Of a stretch of DNA of 64,000 bases, positions 12,501 to 24,180 are shown one piece after another (within the stretch, counting starts at the first letter, position 1; each line of letters begins with the position of its first letter). The position numbers were made by a program, and so were the translations under genes. The DNA is from Lytechinus pictus (taxonomy: Eukaryota), in assembly GCF_037042905.1 (NCBI RefSeq), contig NC_087249.1, forward strand, positions 6,698,001 through 6,762,000. The letters are read 5' to 3'. The notes under the pieces are model-generated. The model was not told the origin of the DNA and searched no databases. It saw only the letters and a list, made by a program, of their open reading frames with translations.

Positions 12501-15500
12501 AAGTGTCATCATTCATGGAGAGTGTGACAATATAGGGTGTCTATTGGTGCAGAAAAGCTCTATTATGAAGACGGTGCTCGAAAAGGGCCATGTGACTCCT
12601 CTAATTATTACATTATTAAACACTGATGAGAGAGTATTTGCAAACTCAAAGATTTGGCAGCAATAATGAAGTGATAGAGCCAGTTTTTCTTCTTACCCCA
12701 ATTCAAAACAGAACAACTTAAAGGCTTTTTAACATTAACTAGTTTTTTTTATAATGGTAATGCTCCTTGGGTCATCTGTTTGTCATTGATATTTCTAATA
12801 CTGTTTCTCCTGATCTTTTCTATTTCTAAAGATTTCAAGTACTATGAGGACCTTTCCGATGAGTTCCGAGACCAAGAAGGAACTCTTTTGCCCCTCTGGA
12901 AGTTCTCCTATGACAAGTCCAAGCGCTTGGCCGTCACTTCAGTATGCTGGAATCCTAAGTATAAGGATATGTTTGTCGTAGCCCATGGATCATGTAAGTG
13001 TTTATTTATCTCTACATTAAGTTTTTGAGAAAGTAATGTGAATAGAGAAATAAGTTTGTATTTCCGAACTTTATGGTATTGAACGGTTGCTTCTAAAGAG
13101 TAAAATGCATGCTTCATTTTTTTGTCCTCTTCAGGTGGCTTATATTCATATTTGCTTTTAATTCATCAATGAAACCTTATACTATTGTTTTGGAATGGCT
13201 TGATAGTGAATACCTTGTTTGTAACAAGGAATCTGTTTTCATTTAGATGATGCTTTTGGTAATCCTTCAATAATCGTATCCCATGTATACACAAAAAAAA
13301 ATGTGTTATACAAAAATTTATTGCAGGTGACTATTTTGCCATTATTTTAATTATTTCTTTTAAGAGGAATTGATCCCTAACCTGTTGGCAAAGTGAGGTC
13401 CTTTGCAAGCATCAGAACAGCTCAAATGCTTCTTAAGATGATAGATATACATCATCTTCAACTGCAGGAGTTGATGATCATACCTACATGTATATATTGA
13501 GCTGTTTGATGGATACACCAGGGGGGTGTTTCACAAAGATTGTAGGAATGACTTAAATCGCACTTAAATGCCGACGCATATCTGAAATACAACGCGCAAT
13601 CTAATTGATCAATACGCAGTAGTGCGGTTCCTCTTTGCATGATCTGACCAATGCGGTTATGCCTTTTATAACACATGCATAATAAATAATAATTAAAGAT
13701 TTGTATAGCGCACATATCTGTCGATGACACCCAAGGCGCACAATTAACTACTTATATAAAACAGAAATAAAGTTAATAAATACACAAAAAGTGAACAAAC
13801 TGACAAGAAAAAAATACACAATCCGTTAAAGTTGGTAGTCAAAAAAACAAGTAGGCCTTATCACACAACAGTTAAGGAAATGCTTCCCTCATGAGGTAAG
13901 TCTTCAATTTGATGTGGAATAGCTCTCTTGACTGGCACGACTTAATGTCCGATGGGAGTGAATTCCACAAACGGGGACCAGCAACGGAAAAAGATCTGTC
14001 ACCCAAAGACCTTTTCACTCTAACTTGTTGGAACTGGTGAACATTCCCTGAATGAAGACCAGGTCTACATGATCTCTTCACCTCCAGAAGATCTGATAGG
14101 TACACTGGTGTCTGGTTGATTTTAAGTTTAAAGACCAAGGAAAGAACTTTATATGTAAGTCTTTGCCTAACAGGCAGCCAGTGTAATTCCTTGAGAACTG
14201 GAGTGATATGATCTGACAAGTTTGAACGCTTTACAAGTCGTGCGGCAGAATTCTGGACCTTCAACTAGGCATTTAAGTGCAACTCTAAGTCATACTTAAA
14301 TCTTTGTGAAACACCCCTGAGATAATTTTGGTTGAAATCCTTTCAAAAGTTACTCTTCATGATTTGTTCTCTTTTCTATGGCTGAAATAGACGACTACAT
14401 GAAGCAGTCTCGTGGCATGATCCTATGCTACACCCTCAAGAATCAGTCATTCCCTTGATATAAGTTTCTTCTCATGACTTAATCTGTCTTCTTTTGCTAA
14501 AATAGACGACTTCATGAAGCATTCTCGTTGCATATCCTATGCTACTCCCTCAAGAACCAGTCATTCCCTGAATATAAGTTTCCTCTCATGATCTAACCTT
14601 AATAATTGCTCAAATAGACTTCATGAAACAGTCTCGTTGCATGATCCTATGCTACACCCTCAAGAACCCATCGTTCCCTGAGTATAAGTTTCTTCTCATG
14701 ACTTTAATCTCTCTTCTTTTGCTCAAATAGACGACTTCATGAAGCAGTCTCGTGGCATGATCCTATGCTACACCCTCAAGAACCCGTCATTCCCCGAGTA
14801 CATCTACCCTGCTGATAGTGGCATCATGTGTCTGGATATCCATCCTGAACACCCGTACCTGATCTGCGTTGGCTACTACGATGGTTCGGTTGGAGTCTAC
14901 AATGTGACAACTACAGATGCCAACCCTGTCTTTCAAAGCACAGCCAAGACTGGAAAGCACACGGATCCAGTTTGGCAGGTGAGAAAGAATTTCCTTGTCA
15001 GTTTTATCAGTGAATGATACAAATACTGATGATCATGATAATGGTGATGACGATGATGTGGCGAGGGCGATGATGATAATGACACAATGGTGATGATGGT
15101 GATATGATTGTAAAGATGATGATGGTAATAATGATAATTGCAACTATGATAATGATGTTGACGATGATAGTATTGGACGTTATACATGTATAGCATACAT
15201 ATCCAACAAACATGGTGATCAAGGCATTCTAAAATTACTCCAGCTTTAATAGCATGCAGCCTGTTTCTCTTGCAGCATTTAAGGAATTCTTTCCATCCCT
15301 TACCCTGATTTTGAAGCCCCCTCCCCCCACCCATCACTGCCTCCTGCCAAATAAGTTTTTCTTCACTTCTATCACCTGTACAAACTAAAAGGAAGTAGAA
15401 AGCTCTGATAAGATTTTAGCAAAGTGATTAAGGCTGTACTTAAACCTTTCAAAAATTACAGCAAAGACTGCACCCATGTTCTTCCAAACCGCTCTCAAGT

Positions 15501-18500
15501 TCCTTGAAATTACATCACCAGGATCCTACATGTACTTGTCTTTGTCTCAAATCAGTTTTATTGGGTTTAGAAAAATTCACTATGAAAAGAAATTGTTATT
15601 ATTGTTAGTGTTTTAGAGTAACGTCAAACAATAAAAGCTATTGGCTAAAACAATAAGAGCTTGGCTAAATTTGGGAGGGATTACGTGGGTTTTGTCCAAA
15701 GTGAGAAAGAATAATTAAATGTAGGGATAAGTTCACAATTCACAGCGTATCTTTTGTATATTTCCTTGGTTTTATGTATATTTCTCCTTCCCAATAAAAA
15801 CTTCAGGTGGCCTGGCAGAAGGACGATTTGGACAACAATCTCAACTTCTTCTCTGTATCATCTGATGGTCGAGTGGTCGCTTGGACATTAGTCAAGGTGA
15901 AGCAAATAGACAAAAAAAAAACATAAAGGAGAGGATAGGTGCAATACAAGAAAGGATTAAAAGAAGAGAAGTGGATTAGGGGAGGAGAAATGATAATAAA
16001 CAGAAATATGAATTAAAGAGGAGAAAGAAGAAATAAATAAAAAAACCAAACAAACAAAAATACTGCACAGAAAATTAACCATACTGTGAATTAGGGTATA
16101 TATTTTCGTGTTTTTCTAACAATAGAGGGGTTTGTAATAAGTTCAGTCTGTTCTACTTTTTCCAGGTAATAATATGATAATGATGTCTATTCTTATGATG
16201 CAGTACTGTGCTTTAATTACAATGTATCATTTAGTACATGTACGTTTATCAACTGACTATCCCAGTTCTTAAACCTGCCCCTTTCATTATTGAGGCATAG
16301 TCTCATATGAATAAACACTAACATATTTGTGATGCGAGCCATTCAAGTACAGAGTCCAATTCATTCAAGTGCATTTCTTGATATATGACTCTAATGGGGG
16401 CGTTGCAAGAAACTTGCGGTCAATTGCAAGTCTATTTTCGGTCCCAAATTAATCATATCTCTTGTAATTAATTTTAAATTTGTGATTGATTGCTGAACTA
16501 CTTCTTGCAACAAGGAGTGTAATCTGATTTGCTACAGATAAAATTGATCCATTGATTGTAAAATTCCAACAGAAAATTTGCAATTGATTGCATATATTTT
16601 CTTGCAACACCCCCTAAGTTTGCTTTATCATTTGTTTTGATTTAGAATGAATTGACGTACACTGACGTGATTCAGCTACAGCTTGATGCCGCTCCTCAAG
16701 ATGGACCTGAAGGCACACAGCTTACACCTCTTGGTAAGGATTGCCATCGATAAATGTGATCTTCTGCAATCATTATTTTCTTTTCTAGCTAAATTCTTAA
16801 AGGTGGTAATCACATGGATGTTGAAATATGCTGAAAAAAAAGTATGTCCTTAATGATGAAGATTAGTTCTGGGGCCCGTTACACAAAGCATACCAATCAT
16901 CATAGAACATTTTGTTTACGATTGATTGCATTGACAACGAGGTATAATTAATCGTAAAAATCAAGCGTATCAACCTTTGTGTTACAGGATCCTGGTTGTG
17001 AATTTGAATAGCGGAGTATATCTCTCAAATAAATTGTGAAAGGATGTTTTTTTATATTTCTATTTTCCTTGTCGATATTTGCATATATATTTAATCAGTA
17101 TCTGGGGTCTGTTTCATAAACAGTTACAACTATGGCAACTTTGCAATTATGCCAACTGTACAGAGATTCTTCTGATTGGTAGAACTCCAAGGAAACAAAT
17201 TTTCATCTTTTCACAATCAAGTTGGTGTTTACCTTGTGAGCTTTCGCCTGCTCGCTTCTGCAGGCTTCTTCAGACTAGCGCTGACTCGCTGTAGATTGGG
17301 TAGTATCGGCAGCGCAGCAGTTCGAAAGAATAGGAATGTGGGTGGGATTTTGATTATGGCAACTACCATATAGCAAGGGGGCTCAGCAGCCTAATCACTA
17401 ACAAGGTACCAAGGTAGTTACAGTTGTGGCAAAGTTGCGGTAGTTGTAATTCCTTATGAAATGGGGCCCCAACTCAGCATACTTTTTGCTGTCATAACCG
17501 GACTTAAGCTTTGAATTCCTTTTCTTCATCCATGATCCAGGTTGTGGTACATGCTTTGACTTCCACAAGCAGACGGACTACTTATTCCTCGTGGGCACGG
17601 AGGAAGGCAAAATCCACAAGTGCTCGAAGGCCTATTCCAGTCAATTCCTGGACACCTTCGAGGCCCACCACATGGCCGTCTACAAGGTGATGTGGAATCC
17701 CTTCCATCCCAAGATCTTCATCTCCTGCAGTGCCGACTGGAGCGTCAAGATCTGGGACCACACTTACAGGTTGGTTGCAGTTCCCAAGTCTTGTAATTTT
17801 GGGGCTGTTTCGTAAACTTGTTTTTGTCTCGTCTGCATAGCAGACCGAGACTATAGGCGCCGCTTTACCGACGGCGACGGCGGTGGCGGCGGCGTCAACA
17901 TCAAATCTTAACCTAAGGTTAAGTTTTTGAAATGACATCATAACTTAGAAAGTATATGGACCTAGTTCATGAAACTTGGACAGTATTACTGAACATCCTG
18001 CCTGAGTTTCAGGTCACATGACCAAGGTCAAAGGTCATTTAGGGTCAATGAACTTAGACCATGTTGGGAGAATTATTTTCAACATCTTAACCAAAAGTTA
18101 AGTTTTTGAAATGACATCATAACTTAGAAAGTATATGGATCTAGTTCATGAAACTTGGGCATAAGGTTAATTAAGTATTTGTGAATATCCTGCTTGAGTT
18201 TCAGGTCACATGACCAAGGTCAAAGGTCATTTAGGGTCAATGAACTTTGGTCAAGTTGGGGGTATTTGTTGAATTACTATCATAACTTTAAAAATGTATG
18301 GATCTAGTTCATGAAACTTGGACATAAGAGTAATCAAGTATCACTAAACATCCTGTACGAGTTTCAGGTCACATGACCATGGTCAATGGTCATTTAAGGT
18401 CAATGAACTTTGGCCGTGTTGGGGGTATTTGATAAATTACCATCCTAACTCTGAAAGTTTATGGATCTAGTTCATAAAACTTGGACATAAGAGTAATCAA

Positions 18501-21500
18501 GTATCACTAAACATCCTGTACGAGTTTCAGGTCACATGACCATGGTCAAAGGTCATTTAAGGTCAATGAACTTAGACCATGTTGGGAGAATTATTTTCAA
18601 CATCTTAACCAAAAGTTAAGTTTTTGAAATGACATCATAACTTAGAAAGTATATGGATCTAGTTCATGAAACTTGGGCATAAGGTTAATTAAGTATTTGT
18701 GAATATCCTGCTTGAGTTTCAGGTCACATGACCAAGGTCAAAGGTCATTTAGGGTCAATGAACTTAGACCATGTTGGGAGAATTATTTTCAACATCTTAA
18801 CCAAAAGTTAAGTTTTTGAAATGACATCATAACTTAGAAAGTATATGGATCTAGTTCATGAAACTTGGGCATAAGGTTAATTAAGTATTTGTGAATATCC
18901 TGCTTGAGTTTCAGGTCACATGACCAAGGTCAAAGGTCATTTAGGGTCAATGAACTTTGGCCAAGTTGGGGGTATTTGTTGAATTACCTTTATAACTTTG
19001 AATATTTATGGATCTAGTTCATGAAACTTAGACATTAGGTTAATCAAGTACCTCTGAATATTCTGTGCGAGTTTCAGGTCACATGACCATGGTCAATGGT
19101 CATTTAAGGTCAATGAACTTTGGCCGTGTTGGGGGTATTTGATAAATTACCATCCTAACTCTGAAAGTTTATGGATCTAGTTCATAAAACTTGGACATAA
19201 GAGTAATCAAGTATCACTAAACATCCTGTACGAGTTTCAGGTCACATGACCATGGTCAAAGGTCATTTAAGGTCAATGAACTTAGACCATGTTGGGAGAA
19301 TTATTTTCAACATCTTAACCAAAAGTTAAGTTTTTGAAATGACATCATAACTTAGAAAGTATATGGATCTAGTTCATGAAACTTGGGCATAAGGTTAATT
19401 AAGTATTTGTGAATATCCTGCTTGAGTTTCAGGTCACATGACCAAGGTCAAAGGTCATTTAGGGTCAATGAACTTTGGTCAAGTTGGGGGTATTTGTTGA
19501 ATTACTATCATAACTTTAAAAATGTATGGATCTAGTTCATGAAACTTGGACATAAGGTTAATCAAGTATTAGAGAACATCCTGCCTGAGTTTCAGGTCAC
19601 ATGACCAAGGTCAAAGGTCATTTAGGGTCAATGAACTTTGGCCAAGTTGGGGGTATTTGTTGAATTACCTTTATAACTTTGAATATTTATGGATCTAGTT
19701 CATGAAACTTAGACATTAGGTTAATCAAGTACCTCTAAATATCCTGTGCGAGTTTCAGGTCACATGACCATGGTCAATGGTCATTTAAGGTCAATGAACT
19801 TTGGCCGTGTTGGGGGTATTTGATAAATTACCATCCTAACTCTGAAAGTTTATGGATCTAGTTCATAAAACTTGGACATAAGAGTAATCAAGTATCACTA
19901 AACATCCTGTACGAGTTTCAGGTCACATGACCATGGTCAAAGGTCATTTAAGGTCAATGAACTTAGGCCATGTTGGGGTAATTGTTGAATTGCCATCATA
20001 ACTTTGAAAGTTTATGGATAGAGTGAATGAAATGGGGGCATGGGTGTAGTTGACAAGTCTTAAGTCACCGTTCAAATGTCATCTATGGTCAATGAACGTG
20101 GTATTATGTCATTATATGAATGGTGCTTTTGTGAATGATTATTTTATAGTAGTTTTCAAAGTTAGCACTGCTGCTATATTAAATAGCGTAATGCAGGCGA
20201 GACTGCCAGAGGCGTTCCACTTGTTTAAAATTATGCATGACTTTACGAACGACTGTAATTTGGCAAGCCAGTTTGGTCTCTCTGACTGGTTGTCAGATTT
20301 TTCTTTGATTTTGATTGTCTGAGGAGCACTGTTACTATGGTGACTGTCGGATAAACAGTCTTTGTCGTATAAGATGTCCGACAAGCTTGATATCAGAAAA
20401 AAGCCTCTCATGAAACATGAAACACTCCCGTAATCAGGGGAGCATTTCAACAACACTTTCATTCGACACGTCAGATATGACAGAATTTCCTTGAATTCGA
20501 TTAGCTGAGAAGCACTGTTACTATGGTAACTGTCGCATAAAATAGGACTTGTCGGATAAAACGTCCGACAAGTCCTTTCATGGAACACTCCCCTGACCAC
20601 ATTAGTCAAAGTTGAAATACACTGACATAATCTACTTTTAACAAACATTGTTAGTGCAAGGAATATGAATAATTTAGAAAAGATTACGAGAAAAACTGTC
20701 ATATCGGTTAAAATTTGAGAAAAATATATTTGCCCATATTGCCAGTTCATAATGGGTTTTATGAACTGCTCCCAGTATTGGTATTTCATGTGTATTTTGT
20801 TCAAAAAATTGAACAGTAACAAGTGAAAAATAGTCGTTTCAAATGTGCTATTGTTTGCCAAACTTTTTTGTGAGTTCTGATATCCAAGAAATTTCTTCTG
20901 TAGGTTGAATATTACAGTTGGCAGCGATAGATTACATCACAAAGTTATTGTTATAACATTGCTTGATAGCCAATCAAAACAAAAATGGTAATGGCAGATA
21001 CAATTGATGGAAAATTCCCCCCCCCCCAAAAAAAAAATACAGTCATTGGTGAGTTTGGAACGTCTTAAAACATCAGGTAAGGGGAAGGAAAGATATTTAG
21101 ATATCTTTAAAGACATTTGATAACTGCTAAGACCGAGTTAAAGTTTGACTTATCTTTTGGTATGTTTATCCATTGGATGGGAATAGAATTGTATTTAACC
21201 CCCTCCCCCGACATTTTCTTTCAATACAGAAACGGCCCGATGTTCACCTTTGACCTTGGAAGTGCAGTGGGTGACGTCGCCTGGGCGCCATATTCCTCCA
21301 CAGTCTTTGCAGCAGTTACGGCAGATGGCAAGGTAAGTGAAAGAATTATAACGCTGTTTCGCTGATGGAGATAGAGAACCTAGAGTCTCAAAAATAAAAT
21401 ATATGATCGCTATCGAAACCTGCCCATGTGGCAGTAGTAGTAAAAAAACATTCTTTAATTCTGTCAGGAAGAAGATAATTATTGTTGTACAATGGGTTTA

Positions 21501-22616
21501 GATGTCTGAATACCGACTTATGAAATTTAATACTTGTAAAATAGAGTCAGAGCACCATTTGACCAGAGACCTTGATGATTATACATCTTTCATGGGCGTA
21601 AAAATGGATGGTTACCTGGGAGTGATTATATGACACCTAGATCGATCCTTGTCATTTGATTGGTTGTTTAATATCGATCATTCAGCCCATTCTACAATGA
21701 CGTCATCAACCGTGCAATTTTGGATCCATACAATTTTGTCCATTGCATGCACGCACCGAGACTGCAGGCACCTCAAGTAAAACCACTCGTGTTTGCAGCG
21801 TGCATGTTGTATGTACGCAATAATCAAAGACCGAGCTCGCACTGCATGAGCATATTTTGCATTGAAAATCATAAATTTCATATGAAAAAGAATCTATTTT
21901 TAGGTGTCATATAAACCATATAATGAATGTTCTTTTCATTCGTGCAATGGACAGAATACTTCATTCCGTGAAAGATGACATAATGATCCATTCAACTCTG
22001 CTATGCCTGGTTGAATGGATCATTTCATCTTTCAGGTCATGAAGTATTCTGTCCATTGAACTCATAAACATTCATTATTTGTATAATATATATATGAAGG
22101 AGACTTAATGTGATGTCTTGGCTCCATCGTTGAGGGCCAGCGGCCACCATGAACAACTTCTGCAGTGAGAAACTCTGACCAATCCTAAATGATTTACTAG
22201 TCAGTCAAGATATGTGTCTGAGTTATTCAGATGCTATATGACAATTTTACATTACGTTTCATAATCAAGATTCAATGTAAATATTGTGTGTGTGAACAGG
22301 TGGTATTTGTCTTTTTCATTTGTAGGTCCATGTCTTTGACCTCAATCTCAATAAATACGAGCCGATCTGCGAGCAGGCGGTGGTCCAGAAGAAGAAGACC
22401 AAGCTGACTCACATCACCTTCAACCCCAACTTCCCCATCGTGCTGGTGGGCGACGACCGGGGCTACGTCTCCAGTCTCAAGCTCTCGCCCAACCTCAGGA
22501 AGGTTCCCAAGGACAAGAAAGGTGCCGTCCTCAACCACGGCCCCGAGGCCGAGATCGCCAAGATGGACAAGCTTCTGGCTCTGGTCCGAGAGCCACCCAA
22601 GGATAACAAAAGCTAA
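3497..22616 (+). CDS. DNAI1: Axonemal outer-arm dynein intermediate chain (DNAI1/IC78-type, sea-urchin 'IC2'-like), 5'-partial. join(3497..3570,4166..4192,6040..6168,7618..7719,11786..11954,12832..12993,14731..14978,15807..15896,16646..16733,17541..17769,21230..21332,22326..22616)
   Basis: All 12 exons have AG/GT boundaries and consistent phases (1712 nt = 2 + 570 codons including TAA). The translation has DNAI1 hallmarks: [109 protein letters not shown]. Family call is from recall, not a search. Confidence 0.95.
4166..4192 (+). CDS. DNAI1: DNAI1 27-nt microexon (GDKQEEGSE)
   Basis: tcttttatccttaccgaag|GGT...GAG|gtatgt; symmetric phase 0; same acidic composition as the flanking exons. Confidence 0.75.
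5655..6035 (+). repeat. CT-rich low-complexity tract ending in the acceptor of the 6040 exon
   Basis: About 380 bp, almost all pyrimidine. Confidence 0.85.
6040..6168 (+). CDS. DNAI1: DNAI1 exon (PKEGE...[20 protein letters not shown])
   Basis: ctacag|...AGG|gtaagt; conserved [12 protein letters not shown] motif. Confidence 0.95.
6378..6530 (-). mobile_element. Degenerate tRNA-derived SINE fragment
   Basis: Reverse complement begins cggtgtgctggctcagttgttagagcctctgcc (A-box); the B-box region appears deleted. Confidence 0.55.
7283..7587. mobile_element. MITE family 3 (gcccgtattctgaagtc...gacttcagaatacgggc); related copies at ~6965-7243 and 23064-23376
   Basis: ~60-bp near-perfect terminal inverted repeats. 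Confidence 0.85.
7618..7719 (+). CDS. DNAI1: DNAI1 exon ([34 protein letters not shown])
   Basis: tttgtag|...CAG|gtgaga; contains TQT, the LC8 light-chain-binding type motif. Confidence 0.95.
11786..11954 (+). CDS. DNAI1: DNAI1 exon (EKAKEKK...[14 protein letters not shown])
   Basis: gatag|...CAAG|gtatga; conserved ERMVNQN. Confidence 0.95.
12832..12993 (+). CDS. DNAI1: DNAI1 exon (DFKYYED...TLLPLWKF...VAHGS)
   Basis: ctaaag|...TCAT|gtaagt; lies within ORF 12780..13028. Confidence 0.95.
13521..14317. mobile_element. MITE (ggggtgtttcacaaagatt TIR) split by a LINE insertion
   Basis: Inverted termini at 13521-13575 and 14268-14317 bracket the LINE fragment. Confidence 0.75.
13680..14264 (-). 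mobile_element. L2/CR1-group LINE 3' fragment, inserted inside a MITE
   Basis: ORF 13872..14264 has [22 protein letters not shown] and [14 protein letters not shown], typical of the ORF2 C-terminus; TTA-rich tail near 13680-13695. Confidence 0.85.
14357..14800 (+). repeat. Four tandem ~113-bp copies of an intron 3' end plus the first ~70 nt of a DNAI1 exon
   Basis: aaatag acceptors end at 14390, 14505, 14617 and 14730, each followed by ac(gac)t(t/a)catgaa...ccctcaagaa. Confidence 0.95.
14731..14978 (+). CDS. DNAI1: DNAI1 exon (YDFMKQSRG...KHTDPVWQ)
   Basis: caaatag|...CAG|gtgaga; the only intact one of four tandem copies of this acceptor/exon start. Confidence 0.95.
15025..15170 (+). repeat. 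Degenerate (GAT)n microsatellite
   Basis: Direct reading. Confidence 0.8.
15807..15896 (+). CDS. DNAI1: DNAI1 exon ([30 protein letters not shown])
   Basis: cttcag|...AAG|gtgaag; WD repeat. Confidence 0.95.
16396..16614. mobile_element. MITE family 4 (gggg(c/t)gttgcaagaaa TIR); inverted copy at 60281-60510
   Basis: TIRs plus alignable internal sequence between the two copies. Confidence 0.8.
16646..16733 (+). CDS. DNAI1: DNAI1 exon ([29 protein letters not shown])
   Basis: tttag|...CTTG|gtaagg; phase fits both neighbours. Confidence 0.9.
17103..17470. mobile_element. MITE (gggg...tttcataa...ttacaacta TIR)
   Basis: Imperfect inverted termini; a related 5' end occurs at ~60702. Confidence 0.6.
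17541..17769 (+). CDS. DNAI1: DNAI1 exon (GCGTCFDF...[14 protein letters not shown]...VKIWDHTY)
   Basis: atccag|...TACAG|gttggt; WD repeats. Confidence 0.95.
17823..20224 (+). mobile_element. Non-autonomous Helentron/HINE-like element with an internal tandem array, in a DNAI1 intron
   Basis: 5' subterminal IR gtctcgtctgca (17826-17837) with an adjacent partner gcagaccgagac, then a (GGC)n-like tract. 3' partner tgcaggcgagac (20192-20203, 11/12 match). Ends in cttgtt, sits in a T-run with no clear TSD. Class assignment is inferred from architecture. Confidence 0.7.
17900..20040 (+). repeat. Tandem array of 12 monomers in two length classes (163 and 192 bp)
   Basis: Anchor gagtttcaggtcacatgacca at 18004, 18196, 18359, 18522, 18714, 18906, 19069, 19232, 19424, 19587, 19750, 19913. 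Confidence 0.95.
21230..21332 (+). CDS. DNAI1: DNAI1 exon ([35 protein letters not shown])
   Basis: aatacag|...AAG|gtaagt. Confidence 0.95.
22326..22616 (+). CDS. DNAI1: DNAI1 last coding exon (VHVFDL...REPPKDNKS*)
   Basis: ttgtag|GTC... to TAA at 22614-22616. Confidence 0.95.
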   Translation, partial: VHVFDLNLNKYEPICEQAVVQKKKTKLTHITFNPNFPIVLVGDDRGYVSSLKLSPNLRKVPKDKKGAVLNHGPEAEIAKMDKLLALVREPPKDNKS

Positions 22617-24093
22617 GAGGACACCTCGAGCAATTTAATGACTGGGTACAATAAAACGGGGCACTTGTCTGGCCAAACCTTACTTTAAATTATAGATTAC
22701 ATCACAAATTTATCCTTTCACAGTTTATTATTGATAGGTAGATTTGAGACAGTTTGAGGAATATACATGAATAATTCAATGTTATCGACATAGTTAATGT
22801 TCTCCATATATTTAGATTTTGTAACACTGGAAAATGTTTCATGAAGCAATTTGTCAGAAATTTTCTGTCATCTGTTATAAGTTACTGAGATCCTAGCTTT
22901 TGATTGGCTATTAAAGAGCAAATTGGGACAGTAGATATCACTGACAAGCTGCTTCATGGAAAGCTTCCCAGTGTCACCATTGGGACACAATAGCAGACTT
23001 CTGTCTGGTTTTATTAGATCCATCCAAAGGGGATTGAAACTGGAGCTTGTTAGTAAACACCTTGGCCCATCTTCTCTGAAGTCAAGTTTAACTTAGACCA
23101 TGGTCTAATTCTGTGCTAAAGTTATGGAAAGCCAAAAATGTCAAAATTTTACTTAACATTGTATGTTTTTTTAATGTTTACTGTGCTCTTCATTAATTCG
23201 TGAATGGTGAAGAAAACTATCTTATTTATCCTTCTGAAACAGTTTAGAATGATTTGAGAGAAAAATAAGCTGATTCTGTACATTGAAATTCTACTGTAAG
23301 AGATTAATGGCTATCCATAGTTAAACCACAACTTAAACCAGAGTTTGAATTAAACCCAACTTCAGAATCCTGGCCCATTAGTACAAGTTTGGTTATTTCC
23401 CATGTTGCAATCTGAAGCCTATTCTATGTCTTTGGCTCTTTTATGAGAAACACTATGAAATCACCACTCAATGTGATTGTCAGTGAGAGAATGGATTAAA
23501 ATACTAACATGTCACAATTTATTTGACAAAACATTTCTTCTACTCCACCATTATCTTGAAATTCATGATCTTACAATACTTTGATTCAATTTTTACCAAA
23601 ATTATAATTTTTTTTAGTGAAAAGAATTTACGATGCCTCTGTTTTTCAACTTCCATCTTTTTTTTTCTAATTTCTATACAAAGGAAACATGCGGCCTTTC
23701 TCAGTCTTTCACTTTGACTGAAAATTTGTTGTACATATGTATATTTCTAAAGTGTGTATGAATATGAAGGAAAAGGTTACATTGTTCACTTTTTACTCAT
23801 TACATTTTATTTATTCATTTTTTTTTTCAAAACTACTGAAGATGTGCACATTTCCCATGTTTGTAATTCTTTATTTTTCTTAGACAAATTAGAAACAACT
23901 ACCGGTGATTTCTTTTTTTCATTCTCACATGCAGAATAATTATCTGTGGTTAAACACATAACATTTTTGGCATGAATGTATTTATTTTCATCAAAGTCTA
24001 TTGAAACACACCATTGATAAAGATATTTATATTCGTAATTCATATTTAGCCTTACTATTCCTTACAGTCTGATATATTTCTTCAAGATCCTGT

Positions 24094-24180
24094 AATAAAA
24101 CATTTATTTGAGAATGCATTATTGTACTCAAAATTGTATTCATGATACTAATTTTATGTCATATTGAATTTGAAAATAAA
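24094..24180 (+). terminator. Candidate polyadenylation signals of the DNAI1 3' UTR
   Basis: AATAAA at 24094-24099 and 24175-24180, the latter followed by a T-rich tract. Which one is used cannot be told from sequence. Confidence 0.35.

Noticed and set aside
14933..15337. His-rich 134-aa ORF
   Set aside because: It is the translation of a (GAT)n microsatellite.
17582..17941. 119-aa minus-strand ORF (also 22272..22538)
   Set aside because: These are antisense shadows of GC-rich DNAI1 exons.
17900..20040. Possible CRISPR-like array
   Set aside because: The whole 163/192-bp monomer is repeated, there are no unique spacers and no cas genes, and the context is a eukaryotic intron.
20139..20861. 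240-aa minus-strand ORF, the longest non-LINE ORF
   Set aside because: It runs across two family-2 MITE copies and the Helentron-like end, starts at a non-ATG codon, has no recognisable motif, and is antisense within a DNAI1 intron.
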